Part shown: piece by piece, positions 21,793-31,400 of the stretch | How the letters are laid out: each line of letters opens with the position of its first letter | How positions within the stretch are numbered: position 1 is the first letter of the stretch | NCBI GenBank assembly: GCA_043821285.1 | Contig: JBDRCZ010000056.1 | Location: 792 to 64,791, forward strand | Reading direction: 5' to 3' | Origin: Candidatus Omnitrophota bacterium | Lineage (GTDB): Bacteria; Omnitrophota; Gorgyraeia; B26-G9; JBDRCZ01 | Length of the DNA: 64,000 nucleotides | The notes under the pieces: generated by a model | Seen by the model: the letters and a program-made list of their open reading frames with translations, nothing else | What the model was told of the DNA's origin: nothing | Database searches by the model: none | Translations under genes and position numbers: made by a program

Positions 21793-21829
21793 TAAAAGGA
21801 TACGTAATTTTGACAAAACGTATTACTTT
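21793..21829 (+). promoter_or_regulatory. Variant of the conserved motif ATTAAAAGGATACGTAATTTTGACAAAACG upstream of ispG
   Basis: Same TTAAAAG-N10-TTTTGACA-AAC architecture as 1188-1218. Confidence 0.35.
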
Positions 21830-21861
21830 ATGATAAAGGAACAGGGAATTATTAAGCTATA

Positions 21862-22923
21862 ATGGTTATAAAACGTCGAAAAACACGGGTAGTTAAAGTT
21901 GGGAATTTAAAGATTGGCGGTAATAATCCGGTTTCTGTCCAATCAATGACCAAGACGAAAACCCATGATATAAAAAAGACCGTTTTAGAGATAAGACGGT
22001 TAGAAAAAGCCGGCTGCGAATTGGTCCGGGTGGCGGTGCCGGATATGGCTGCGGCCGGGTGTATTAGAGAGATAAAAAAACGCATAACCGTACCGATTGT
22101 TGCGGATATCCATTTTAATTATAAATTAGCGATTGCCGCGATAAGTAGTGGCGCGGATAAGATAAGACTTAATCCCGGGAACATCTATGAACGCAAACAA
22201 TTGATTAAAGTGCTAAATATTGCAAAGGAGAAAAACATTGCTATTAGAATTGGCACAAATGCCGGCTCGGTTAAAAGAAAAAGCCAGAGTATTGTTGATT
22301 CTTTAGTTGGAGGTGTCTTAGAACAAGTGCGTTTTTTTGAACGCCATAAATTCTATAATATTGTAATTTCTGTAAAGGCCTCAGATGTTATTACAACAAT
22401 TACGGCCTATCGTAAGATTGCTAAAAGCTGTGATTATCCCTTACATCTCGGGGTTACTGCCAGCGGTACTCTTTTTTCCGGAGGGATAAAGTCCGCAATT
22501 GGTATTGGTGCATTACTTGTTGAGGGAATAGGGGATACGATTAGAGTCTCGTTAAATACCCGTCCGGAAGAGGAGATTGTTACTGGCAGAGAGATTTTGA
22601 GTTCACTGAGAGTTAGGTGTTTTGGTCCGGAAATTATTGCCTGTCCGACTTGCGGACGTTGTGAAGTAGACTTGATAAAAGTCGTACAAAAATTTGAACA
22701 GAAATTAAAGGCGTTGCCTTGGAAAACTAAGTTAGCCGGTATAAAAGTGGCAATAATGGGCTGTGTGGTTAACGGACCGCAGGAAGCAAGAGATGCAGAT
22801 TTTGGTGTGGCCTGTGGACGAAACTGTGGTATAATTTTTAAAAAGGGTAAGATTTTAAAAAAGGTCAAAGAAAATAAATTAGTTTATTCATTATTTCAGG
22901 AGATAAAAGATGCATTTGTCTAA
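21862..22923 (+). CDS. ispG: 4-hydroxy-3-methylbut-2-en-1-yl diphosphate synthase
   Basis: VKVGNLKIGGNNPVSVQSMT and C-terminal CPTCGRC Fe-S motif. Confidence 0.9.
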   Translation: MVIKRRKTRVVKVGNLKIGGNNPVSVQSMTKTKTHDIKKTVLEIRRLEKAGCELVRVAVPDMAAAGCIREIKKRITVPIVADIHFNYKLAIAAISSGADKIRLNPGNIYERKQLIKVLNIAKEKNIAIRIGTNAGSVKRKSQSIVDSLVGGVLEQVRFFERHKFYNIVISVKASDVITTITAYRKIAKSCDYPLHLGVTASGTLFSGGIKSAIGIGALLVEGIGDTIRVSLNTRPEEEIVTGREILSSLRVRCFGPEIIACPTCGRCEVDLIKVVQKFEQKLKALPWKTKLAGIKVAIMGCVVNGPQEARDADFGVACGRNCGIIFKKGKILKKVKENKLVYSLFQEIKDAFV

Positions 22924-24652
22924 AACGTTAATGCCGACATTAAAAGAGAATCCGAGTGATGCCGAAACAATAAGCCATAAGCTGATGCTTAGAGCAGGGC
23001 TTATCCGGAAGCTTTCCAGCGGGGTGTATTCATATCTGCCGCTGGGATTAAAAGTGCTTAAAAAAGTTGAAAAAATCGTGCGGGAAGAAATGGATAAAGC
23101 CGGGGCATTAGAGGTGCTTTTGCCGGCTTTGCAGCCGGTGGAGCTGTGGCAGCAGACCGGCAGATTTGAAACTTTAGGACAGGATTTGATATCGTTTGTT
23201 GACCGCCATGGCAAAAGAATAGTGCTTGGGCCAACCCATGAAGAAGTAATAACCGCTTTGGTAAAAAACGAGGTGAGTTCCTACAAACAGTTGCCGCTTA
23301 TAATTTACCAGATTCAGACAAAATTCCGGGACGAGGTACGGCCAAGATTTGGAGTTATCCGCTGCCGGGAGTTTATGATGAAAGATGCCTATAGTTTTGA
23401 CACTGATGTTCAGGGATTAGATATAAGTTATAAAAAAATGTATGCCGCCTATTGTGCGATCTTAAAAAGATGCGGATTATCATATATTGCGGTTCAGGCT
23501 GATCCGGGGATTATGGGTGGTGATGAATCAAGCGAGTTTATGGCTGCGGCCGAACACGGAGAAGATATAGTCGTGCATTGTACAAATTGCGGCTATGCGG
23601 CAAGCATTGCTAAAGCAGAATGCCGGGATCCAGTTGCGGTTACATATAAGCCTTATGAATTACTGCCCATGGGAGAAATTGAAACGCCGGGAATTACTTC
23701 CGTAGCTGATGTAAGCACCTTTTTAAAAGTCGAGCTGGATAAATTAATGAAAACAATGCTTTATATTACTAAAGATGAAGAAATAGTTGCGGTGCTTGTT
23801 CGAGGTAATTATGATGTAAATGAAGCAAAATTATGCCGTATTTTAAAAACAAATAATCTCAAAATGGCCGACCGCCAGACAATAGAAAAAATAACTAACG
23901 GAGAAATGGGATTTAGCGGACCGGTCGGACTTAAAAATGTTAAGATTATTGCCGATTTTTCAGTCAAAGACGGCAATAATTTTATTACCGGCGCAAATAA
24001 GAAAGACCAGCATTTGACTAATGTAAATCCATGGCGTGATTTTGATGTTCATGTCTGGGCGGATGTACGTTGTTTTACCGCGCAGGATTTATGTCCAGGT
24101 TGTCAAAGTCAGGTAACCGTCCAGCGGGCAATAGAAGTAGGACATGTATTTAAGCTGGGCACAAAATATACCAGAAGTCTTAATGCCTTTTATCTTGACG
24201 AACAGGGCCGGCAAAACCTGATAATTATGGGATGTTACGGGATTGGCGTAAGCAGAATAATTGCCGCGGTCGTAGAGCAAAATAATGATTGTGAAGGGAT
24301 TATTTGGCCGGAAGAGATTGCCCCGTATCAGGTGGTGATTTTACCGTTGAATATTGACAATAAAGCTTTAAACGATACCGCAATTAAAATTTATAACCAA
24401 CTACTTAAGCTGGGGATTGATGTTTTGATTGATGACCGAAATGAACGTGCCGGGGTTAAATTTAAGGACGCAGATTTATCCGGTATTCCGCTGCAAGTTA
24501 TTATCGGAGAAAATTCACTGGCAAAGAAAAATGTTGAAGTAAAGATAAGAAAAATAAAAGAAAAAATTGTTGTGAAACAGGATTTAGTAATTGAAGAGAT
24601 TTGTAAAATCTTAAAACCACATGACAATTCAAAATTAAAAAACAAAAAGTAA
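22910..24652 (+). CDS. proS: Proline--tRNA ligase
   Basis: Class II aaRS motifs across the full length. Overlaps the ispG end by 14 nt. Confidence 0.9.
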   Translation: MHLSKTLMPTLKENPSDAETISHKLMLRAGLIRKLSSGVYSYLPLGLKVLKKVEKIVREEMDKAGALEVLLPALQPVELWQQTGRFETLGQDLISFVDRHGKRIVLGPTHEEVITALVKNEVSSYKQLPLIIYQIQTKFRDEVRPRFGVIRCREFMMKDAYSFDTDVQGLDISYKKMYAAYCAILKRCGLSYIAVQADPGIMGGDESSEFMAAAEHGEDIVVHCTNCGYAASIAKAECRDPVAVTYKPYELLPMGEIETPGITSVADVSTFLKVELDKLMKTMLYITKDEEIVAVLVRGNYDVNEAKLCRILKTNNLKMADRQTIEKITNGEMGFSGPVGLKNVKIIADFSVKDGNNFITGANKKDQHLTNVNPWRDFDVHVWADVRCFTAQDLCPGCQSQVTVQRAIEVGHVFKLGTKYTRSLNAFYLDEQGRQNLIIMGCYGIGVSRIIAAVVEQNNDCEGIIWPEEIAPYQVVILPLNIDNKALNDTAIKIYNQLLKLGIDVLIDDRNERAGVKFKDADLSGIPLQVIIGENSLAKKNVEVKIRKIKEKIVVKQDLVIEEICKILKPHDNSKLKNKK

Positions 24653-24685
24653 CCACAGATTGCTCAGATTGCACAGATAGTTATT
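24649..24685. repeat. Family A element (aaccacagattgctcagattgcacagatag) starting at the proS stop codon
   Basis: CAGAT 9-mer units. Confidence 0.6.
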
Positions 24686-24706
24686 TTAAAAATAAATGAG
24701 ATATCA

Positions 24707-25480
24707 ATGATGAATAGATTTTTGAGAGTAATTAGTTGTATAATGCTATTTTTTATCCTAGGTTGTGCGACCGAATTTAATCTTGCAACAAAACAGGAAG
24801 AGATTATTTCCATTTCTACGGATCGTGAAGTAAATATCGGACGTTCTGCTTCCCAGCAGGTTGAGAAAAGATTTAAGGTTTTGGAAGATATTGAGGTACA
24901 GAATCGTGTTTCTGAAATTGGCCGGCGTATTGTCGCGGTTTGTGACCGGCAAGATATATCGTATTATTTTAAAGTATTAGATGAAGATGAAAAGAATGCC
25001 TTTGCCCTACCGGGGGGATATGTGTATATCTTTTCCGGATTAATGAAAGATATAGAAAATGATTCTGAACTCGCGACAGTTTTAGCGCATGAAGTTGGGC
25101 ATATTGCTGCAAAGCATGCTGTAAAACGTATGCAGGCAGCATTAGGTTACGAACTGCTAATAATAATTGCCTCACAAACAGCAGAGAACAGCACCTCCTT
25201 TGCCAGAATTAATCAAGGGATTAATGAATTATTTCTTGCCTATTCCCGGGAAGATGAGCTCCAGGCCGACCGGCTGGCCGCGCGCTATATAAAAAAAGCG
25301 GGATTTTCTCCCGCGGCCGTAGTTACCTTTCTGGAAAAGTTAAAAAAAACAAAATGGAATGAGCCGCTAAGACAGCAGTATCTACGTACGCATCCTTATA
25401 TTGATGACCGCATCAGAGTAGTAAAAGAGGAGCTTTACGGAAGTTACGATTTCAAAGATTATATTAATATTAGTGAATAG
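24707..25480 (+). CDS. M48 family metallopeptidase lipoprotein
   Basis: Lipobox LGCA. HEVGHIAAKH zinc motif. Confidence 0.8.
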   Translation: MMNRFLRVISCIMLFFILGCATEFNLATKQEEIISISTDREVNIGRSASQQVEKRFKVLEDIEVQNRVSEIGRRIVAVCDRQDISYYFKVLDEDEKNAFALPGGYVYIFSGLMKDIENDSELATVLAHEVGHIAAKHAVKRMQAALGYELLIIIASQTAENSTSFARINQGINELFLAYSREDELQADRLAARYIKKAGFSPAAVVTFLEKLKKTKWNEPLRQQYLRTHPYIDDRIRVVKEELYGSYDFKDYINISE

Positions 25481-25488
25481 GGGGGAAT

Positions 25489-26151
25489 ATGGACGATTTT
25501 ATAAAGGATGATTTTACTACGGAAGAAACCTGGCGGATTTTTAGGATTATGGCGGAGTTTGTTGATGGGTTTGAGACCCTTGCCAAAATAGGACCGGCGG
25601 TGTCTATCTTCGGTTCTGCCAGGATGTCAAAAAACAATCCATATTATCGGTTAGCTCAAGACATTGCGTTTTTTCTCGTAAAAGAGGGTTATGCGATAAT
25701 TACCGGCGGCGGACCGGGCATAATGGAAGCGGCGAATAAAGGGGCAAAAATTGCCAAGGGAAAATCGGTCGGTTTAAATATACACCTCCCCCTGGAGCAG
25801 AAACCAAATCCATACATATCAACCTTACTGGAATTCAGATATTTTTTCTGCCGTAAAGTAATGTTTGTAAAATATGCTAAGGCATTTGTAATTATGCCAG
25901 GCGGTTATGGCACCCTTGATGAGCTTTTTGAATCGATAACCTTAGTCCAAACCAAACGCATTCAACCGTTTCCGATTATCCTGGTCGGCAGTAAATATTG
26001 GCAAGGATTAAAAAAATGGATAGAAAAGGTATTATTAAAACACGGCTATATTACGAAAAAGGATTTAAATATTATTAAAATTGTAGATAAGCCGATGGAT
26101 GTTGTTTGTGAAATAAAAAGATATTATCAGCTGCTTGGGAGTAAGAGTTAG
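25489..26151 (+). CDS. LOG family protein (cytokinin riboside 5'-monophosphate phosphoribohydrolase-like)
   Basis: GGGPGIMEA and PGGYGTLDELFE motifs. Confidence 0.8.
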   Translation: MDDFIKDDFTTEETWRIFRIMAEFVDGFETLAKIGPAVSIFGSARMSKNNPYYRLAQDIAFFLVKEGYAIITGGGPGIMEAANKGAKIAKGKSVGLNIHLPLEQKPNPYISTLLEFRYFFCRKVMFVKYAKAFVIMPGGYGTLDELFESITLVQTKRIQPFPIILVGSKYWQGLKKWIEKVLLKHGYITKKDLNIIKIVDKPMDVVCEIKRYYQLLGSKS

Positions 26152-26156
26152 AATTT

Positions 26157-27884
26157 ATGAACTGGATAAGTGCAACAATTGGAATTAATATTGGGTTTAA
26201 GTTAGGGGTAGTATTAATCCTGATTATTTCTTTTTTAGAAAATAGAAATAAGGTTATTTGTTGGTGGATAATTGGCTGGTTCTTTCTGATCTTACACAGT
26301 ATTTTTAATTTTATTCTTCTGGAAAATGGGAATACGATGACTTTTTTCATCAACGACATGTGTCTGTCCATAGCCGCAGTTGCATTTTTAGAAAGTATCG
26401 GACATATGAAATACAAGATTTACGGTCAGCATCACTGGATTAGCATAAATTTATTTATTTTAAGCGGGTTAATTGTTTATTATTTAACTTTTTTTCGGCG
26501 AGATTATCAGTTAAGTGATAATTTTGTTTCGTTAATTAATGGGATATGCTTAGTGATTTGTTCTATTTATTATTTTAGATCCGAGAAAATTTGCCCTTCA
26601 ACGCAGTTTATTTTTGTCGGGCTTTTGATCGGGGGGATACATTCTTTAATTTATTCCATACTTGAGCCAAGACATTGGCTTACCCATTCGCGGTTTATCT
26701 TATCAGGTCTTTTTTCCCTGATTTTCGGGATTGGCTTGATTATCCGAAGTTTTGAAAATTTACTCCGCAGAAAGATTTTAACCGAGATGATGAGTAAAAA
26801 ACTTTCCTTTATTGACAAAATATCTAAGTCCGTTACCCGTCCGGTTAATTTAGATTTGATTTTAGATGATGTTTTAGGAAAAGTTTTAGAGTTAAGCGGT
26901 ATTGATTGCGGCTGTATCTATGTTTTTGATGAAGTTAAAGAAGAATTGGTTGTCAGGGTAAGCCGTGGATTTTCCTACCGGTATATTCAACATTATGGAC
27001 GTTTGAAAAAAGATGAAGGGATCGCGGGTATGGCGATTATGAAACATCATGCGCAAATCATTGATGATCTACGTGATTTAAAACAACAAAAAGAATTTAA
27101 TATTGCCCGACAGGAAAAAGTGGTTACATTAATCAGCATTCCGTTAATCAGCAAAGAGATAATTGTTGGGGCGCTGGATATTGCCGCGTTTGATAAAAAA
27201 GTATTTGATAAACCGCAGCTTCAACTTTTATCCTCCATTGCCGATGCGATTGCCGTGTCTATTGAAAACACTAAGCTCTACAACAGTATGGAACAGATTT
27301 ATATGCATACGATTACCGCCTTAGCTAAAGCGATTGATGCCAAAGACGCATATACGCGCATGCACTCGGAACAGGTTGCCATGTATGCTGCGTTTATTGC
27401 TGATGAGCTTAATTTATCGGACGAAGAGAAGGAAAAATTAAAATTGGCCTGCTGTTTACATGATATCGGCAAAATTGCGATTGACGATTCCATATTAACA
27501 AAGCCTACCGCACTTAATGATCAGGAGTGGAAAATCATGAAATCACATTCCCAAAAAGGTGCGGATATTTTAGAACCGCTGCAATATTTATACGGCCGGC
27601 CGGATGGCATACTCGACCTGATAAAATACCATCACGAGCGTTGTGATGGCAAAGGCTACCCCCAGGGCTATTTGGATAAAGATATTCCCTTAGGGGCAAA
27701 GATTCTCACGATTGCTGATGCTTATGATGCGATGATTACGGATCGTGCATACCGCAAGGCCCTCACCTCGGAAGAAGCGCGTAAGGAACTATTACGTTGT
27801 TCGGACACGCAATTTGATGCAAAGATTGTCAAGGTTTTTTTAAGAGTATTAGACAGACTGGATGATGAGGGGCATAAAAAATAA
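26157..27884 (+). CDS. Membrane-anchored GAF / HD-GYP domain cyclic-di-GMP phosphodiesterase
   Basis: About 6 N-terminal TM helices, a GAF-like middle region, and HD...HHERCDGKGYPQGY (HD-GYP). Confidence 0.75.
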   Translation: MNWISATIGINIGFKLGVVLILIISFLENRNKVICWWIIGWFFLILHSIFNFILLENGNTMTFFINDMCLSIAAVAFLESIGHMKYKIYGQHHWISINLFILSGLIVYYLTFFRRDYQLSDNFVSLINGICLVICSIYYFRSEKICPSTQFIFVGLLIGGIHSLIYSILEPRHWLTHSRFILSGLFSLIFGIGLIIRSFENLLRRKILTEMMSKKLSFIDKISKSVTRPVNLDLILDDVLGKVLELSGIDCGCIYVFDEVKEELVVRVSRGFSYRYIQHYGRLKKDEGIAGMAIMKHHAQIIDDLRDLKQQKEFNIARQEKVVTLISIPLISKEIIVGALDIAAFDKKVFDKPQLQLLSSIADAIAVSIENTKLYNSMEQIYMHTITALAKAIDAKDAYTRMHSEQVAMYAAFIADELNLSDEEKEKLKLACCLHDIGKIAIDDSILTKPTALNDQEWKIMKSHSQKGADILEPLQYLYGRPDGILDLIKYHHERCDGKGYPQGYLDKDIPLGAKILTIADAYDAMITDRAYRKALTSEEARKELLRCSDTQFDAKIVKVFLRVLDRLDDEGHKK

Positions 27885-27974
27885 TAAAAATAATAAAAAT
27901 AATAAATTTTCCGCAAAGCCGCCAAGCAGGCAAAGAAATATATGGTATGAATAACCAAAAAGGAGAATAAAACT

Positions 27975-28328
27975 ATGGGTGTTACGTATGTTGAAGGTCA
28001 AGTGAAAGGATTATCGGGTAAACAAGAAAACGTGAGATTTCTTGTAGATAGTGGTGCAACATATTCGCTTTTGCCAAAAGCGGTGTGGGAAGCAATAGGC
28101 CTCGTGCCTAAACGAAAACTGTCGTTTACGCTTGCTGATGGTACCATAGTTGAAAGACAGGTGTCGGAAGCATTAGTTAGCTTCCCGCAAGGAGAAGCGC
28201 ATACACCAGTGATTTTAGGTGAAAAAGATGATGAAGCATTGTTAGGAGTAGTCACCTTGGAGATTTTGGGCCTGGTATTTAACCCTTTTAATCGCACACT
28301 TCATCCTATGCGGATGTTATTATATTAA
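27975..28328 (+). CDS. Retropepsin-like (clan AA) aspartyl protease
   Basis: FLVDSGAT active-site motif and about 117-aa size. Paralogs at 62133-62552 and a remnant at 47719-47858. Confidence 0.7.
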   Translation: MGVTYVEGQVKGLSGKQENVRFLVDSGATYSLLPKAVWEAIGLVPKRKLSFTLADGTIVERQVSEALVSFPQGEAHTPVILGEKDDEALLGVVTLEILGLVFNPFNRTLHPMRMLLY

Positions 28329-28422
28329 TGTAAAAAGTTGAATTAAAAATTTAAAATACTTCCTTTGTCAAGACCAAAGTTAAGGGAATTTAAGGTGAGG
28401 AATTTTCTAAAGAAGCCTCACC

Positions 28423-31400
28423 TTGTTTAAGCCCTCCTTTCGTCAAAATTTACTGTACTCTCAAAAAACTTGCCTCTTAAACGCCTCTGCATGCAACGAT
28501 CTCAAAACGAATCAATCCCAGATATGGCGGAAAACTTTGTTTACAAGATTAAAGAACCAAAAATTACCAATGGGCGCGTATATCCTGGAGGCAAATGCTT
28601 CGGGTAAAAAAAGCCGGCAGTTACTTCTGGTAAGTAATGCCGCCTGTGTGTTAAAGACATCACCAAGCCAGGCGCTGGTGTATTTTTGCAATGCTAATGA
28701 CGGAGCGCCGATTGCTGATGCCGTGGTTTGCCTTTGGGAGAGATTTTATTCCAATGGGAATTGGCAGTGGATAGAGCAGAAAAAGAATACGGATAAAAAC
28801 GGCCTTTGTGTGTTTGATTTGAAAAGCGCTGATAACCGCAAAGAAATTTTTGCTGCCGCGGTGCGGGAAAATCAGCAGGCGTTTAGCTTAGGCAGCAGTG
28901 ATAATTACCGCAGGAATGATCTGCTGTGGAAAGTTTACGCGTTTTGCGACCGTCCGGCGTACCGGCCGAATGAAACAGTTCAGTGGAAAATTTTTGCCAG
29001 GGCTTATGACCAAGGGGGATATTCTACGCCGGCAAATAAGAAAATCAAATATCAGATTTATGATCCGCGCAATACAAAGATAAAGGAAGAAATGGTCGGT
29101 TTAAATTCCTTTGGCTCTGCCTGGGGTGAGCTTGAGCTTACAGAAGTCATGCCTTTGGGAGAGTACCGGGTGAATTTTTATAGTGTGGAGACCTTGCCGG
29201 GGGGTAAAAAAGAAGAGTATATTGGCAGTGCCGTGCTATTTCGACTGGAAGAATATAAATTGCCGGAGTTTAAGGTAAGTATCAGTACTCCCCTTGAAAA
29301 CGGCAAAAAGAAGATATTTCAAACCGGCGGCATAGTTGAGGCAAAGATTCAGGCGGACTATTATTTTGGCGGGCCGGTGGCGAATGCTGATGTTGAGGTG
29401 CTTGTTTATCAAAACCCGTTTTATCATTTTTGGTATCCAGAGCGCGATTATCCATGGTATTACAAGGATATGCAGACAAGTTATGAGCAATACCGCAATT
29501 ATCGCGGCGGTCAGATAGTAAAACGCGAGCAGATAAAGACAGATGTTCAGGGCAGGGCAATCGTAAAGTTTCAAAGCCCGCAAAACTCAGGCGGGGATTT
29601 TGAATACCGTATTGAGGCGCGGGTCACGGATTCATCACGCCGGGAGATTATTGCGCAGGACACGGTTAAGGTAACCATGCAGGGATATTATGTGTATCTT
29701 AAAAATAAGCATAATCTGATTAAGCCTCAGGATAAGGTAGAGATAGATATTAAAACCCTGGACGCAAATAACCAGCCGTATTTGGCCCAAGGCACGATAA
29801 AGGTGACCCGGGATTATTGGTTTGAAATCTGGGTTGCACCGGACGGCCGGGAAATAAAGGGCCAGGAGCTGGAACTACTGCGAAAAAAACATGAACTCTT
29901 TCCGCCGCAGACATCCTCCGGCAGTAAAGACTGGCAGTTGAAATTCCGCGGCTATGAGCAGGAGGAGATCTTAACGCGCACAATTAAAACCGACGAGCAG
30001 GGCGAGGCAGAGTTTAGTTTTGTGCCGGAACACGAAGGCTATTACTGTGTTAACTGGTACAGTAAAGATAAGCGAAAAAATCCGATCAATGCTCAGACAA
30101 CTGTCTGGGCCGCGGATAATCAGACAACCGAGCTTGGCTACCGGCATGGAGGTGTTGAGATTATTATAGATAAAGACACATTTAAAAGCGGGCAGACCGC
30201 GCCAATAATGTTAAGTGTGCCGGTAAACGACAGATATGTTTTATTCAGCGTAGAGGCGGATGATTTTTACAGCTATGAGCTTTTGCATTTAAAGGGCACG
30301 GTTAAATTTATTGAACTGCCGATTAAAGAGTCTCATGTGCCGAATATTTTTCTCAGCGCGGTAATGGTCAGTGACCAGCAGATATTTATCGATACAAAGC
30401 AGGTGGTTGTGCCGCCGGTTGAGCATTTTATTGATGTTGCGGTAAACGCGGATAAAGCTCAGTACCAGCCGCAGGAATCCGGCAAGTTTTGGGTAATGAC
30501 AAAAGATCACAAAGGTAATCCTGTATCCTGCGAGTTAGCATTAGGGGTGGTGGATGAGTCTGTATATTATATCCAGTCGGATTACGACCTAGACCCCAGA
30601 GAGTTTTTCTACGGGCAGAAGCGGTCTGCTCATATCCAGACCCAAAGCACATTTAATCAGAAAAGTTATATTTGTCTGGTAAGAGGCGCGAATGAACAGC
30701 TTGTTGACGTGCGGTATAAAGGTAACCGGCAGGATTGGAATGAGGAAGGAGATGTAGGTGGTAAATATTCTGCGGTGTCATTAGATGGTCGTTTAGGTTT
30801 TGATGCCTCTACCCTGAGAGAGGTTTGTAAAAGCGAAGTAGCTGTAGAAGAAATGAGTGGCATTAAAAAATGTATTTCTGCCGGCTCGATGGACTTTTAT
30901 GATGATAAAGCAAAAGAGGATTTTGAGCAAAAACCAGTTATAGACAAAAATGGCATTTTTTCACCTTCACAGGGGGCCTCAGCTGCGGTGCAGGTTAGAA
31001 GTGATTTTCGTTCGACAATATTCTGGCAGCCGGATATAGTTACGGATAAAAACGGCCGCGCAGAGGTTGATGTTAATTTTGCGGATTCTTTAACCGCATG
31101 GAAGGCATGTGCACGGGTCTTAAGCCCGGTTAATCAGTTTGGTATTGCTTACACTTCAGTGCGGACTAAAAAACCTTTGATTGTCCGGCTGCAGGCGCCG
31201 CGCTTTTTTGTTGTTGGGGACATGGCAGCAGTATCCGGTGTGATTAATAATAATACGGATGAGAATCTTACGGTCACGCCGGTTTTAAAGGTTAAGGGTC
31301 TGGTTATCAGCGGGCTCTATTCCGGCGGCAGGGTCGTAAAGGGTGAGCAGGGTCCGGTTAAGGTAAAGGCTAATAGCCAAGAGCGGGTTGACTGGGCAAT

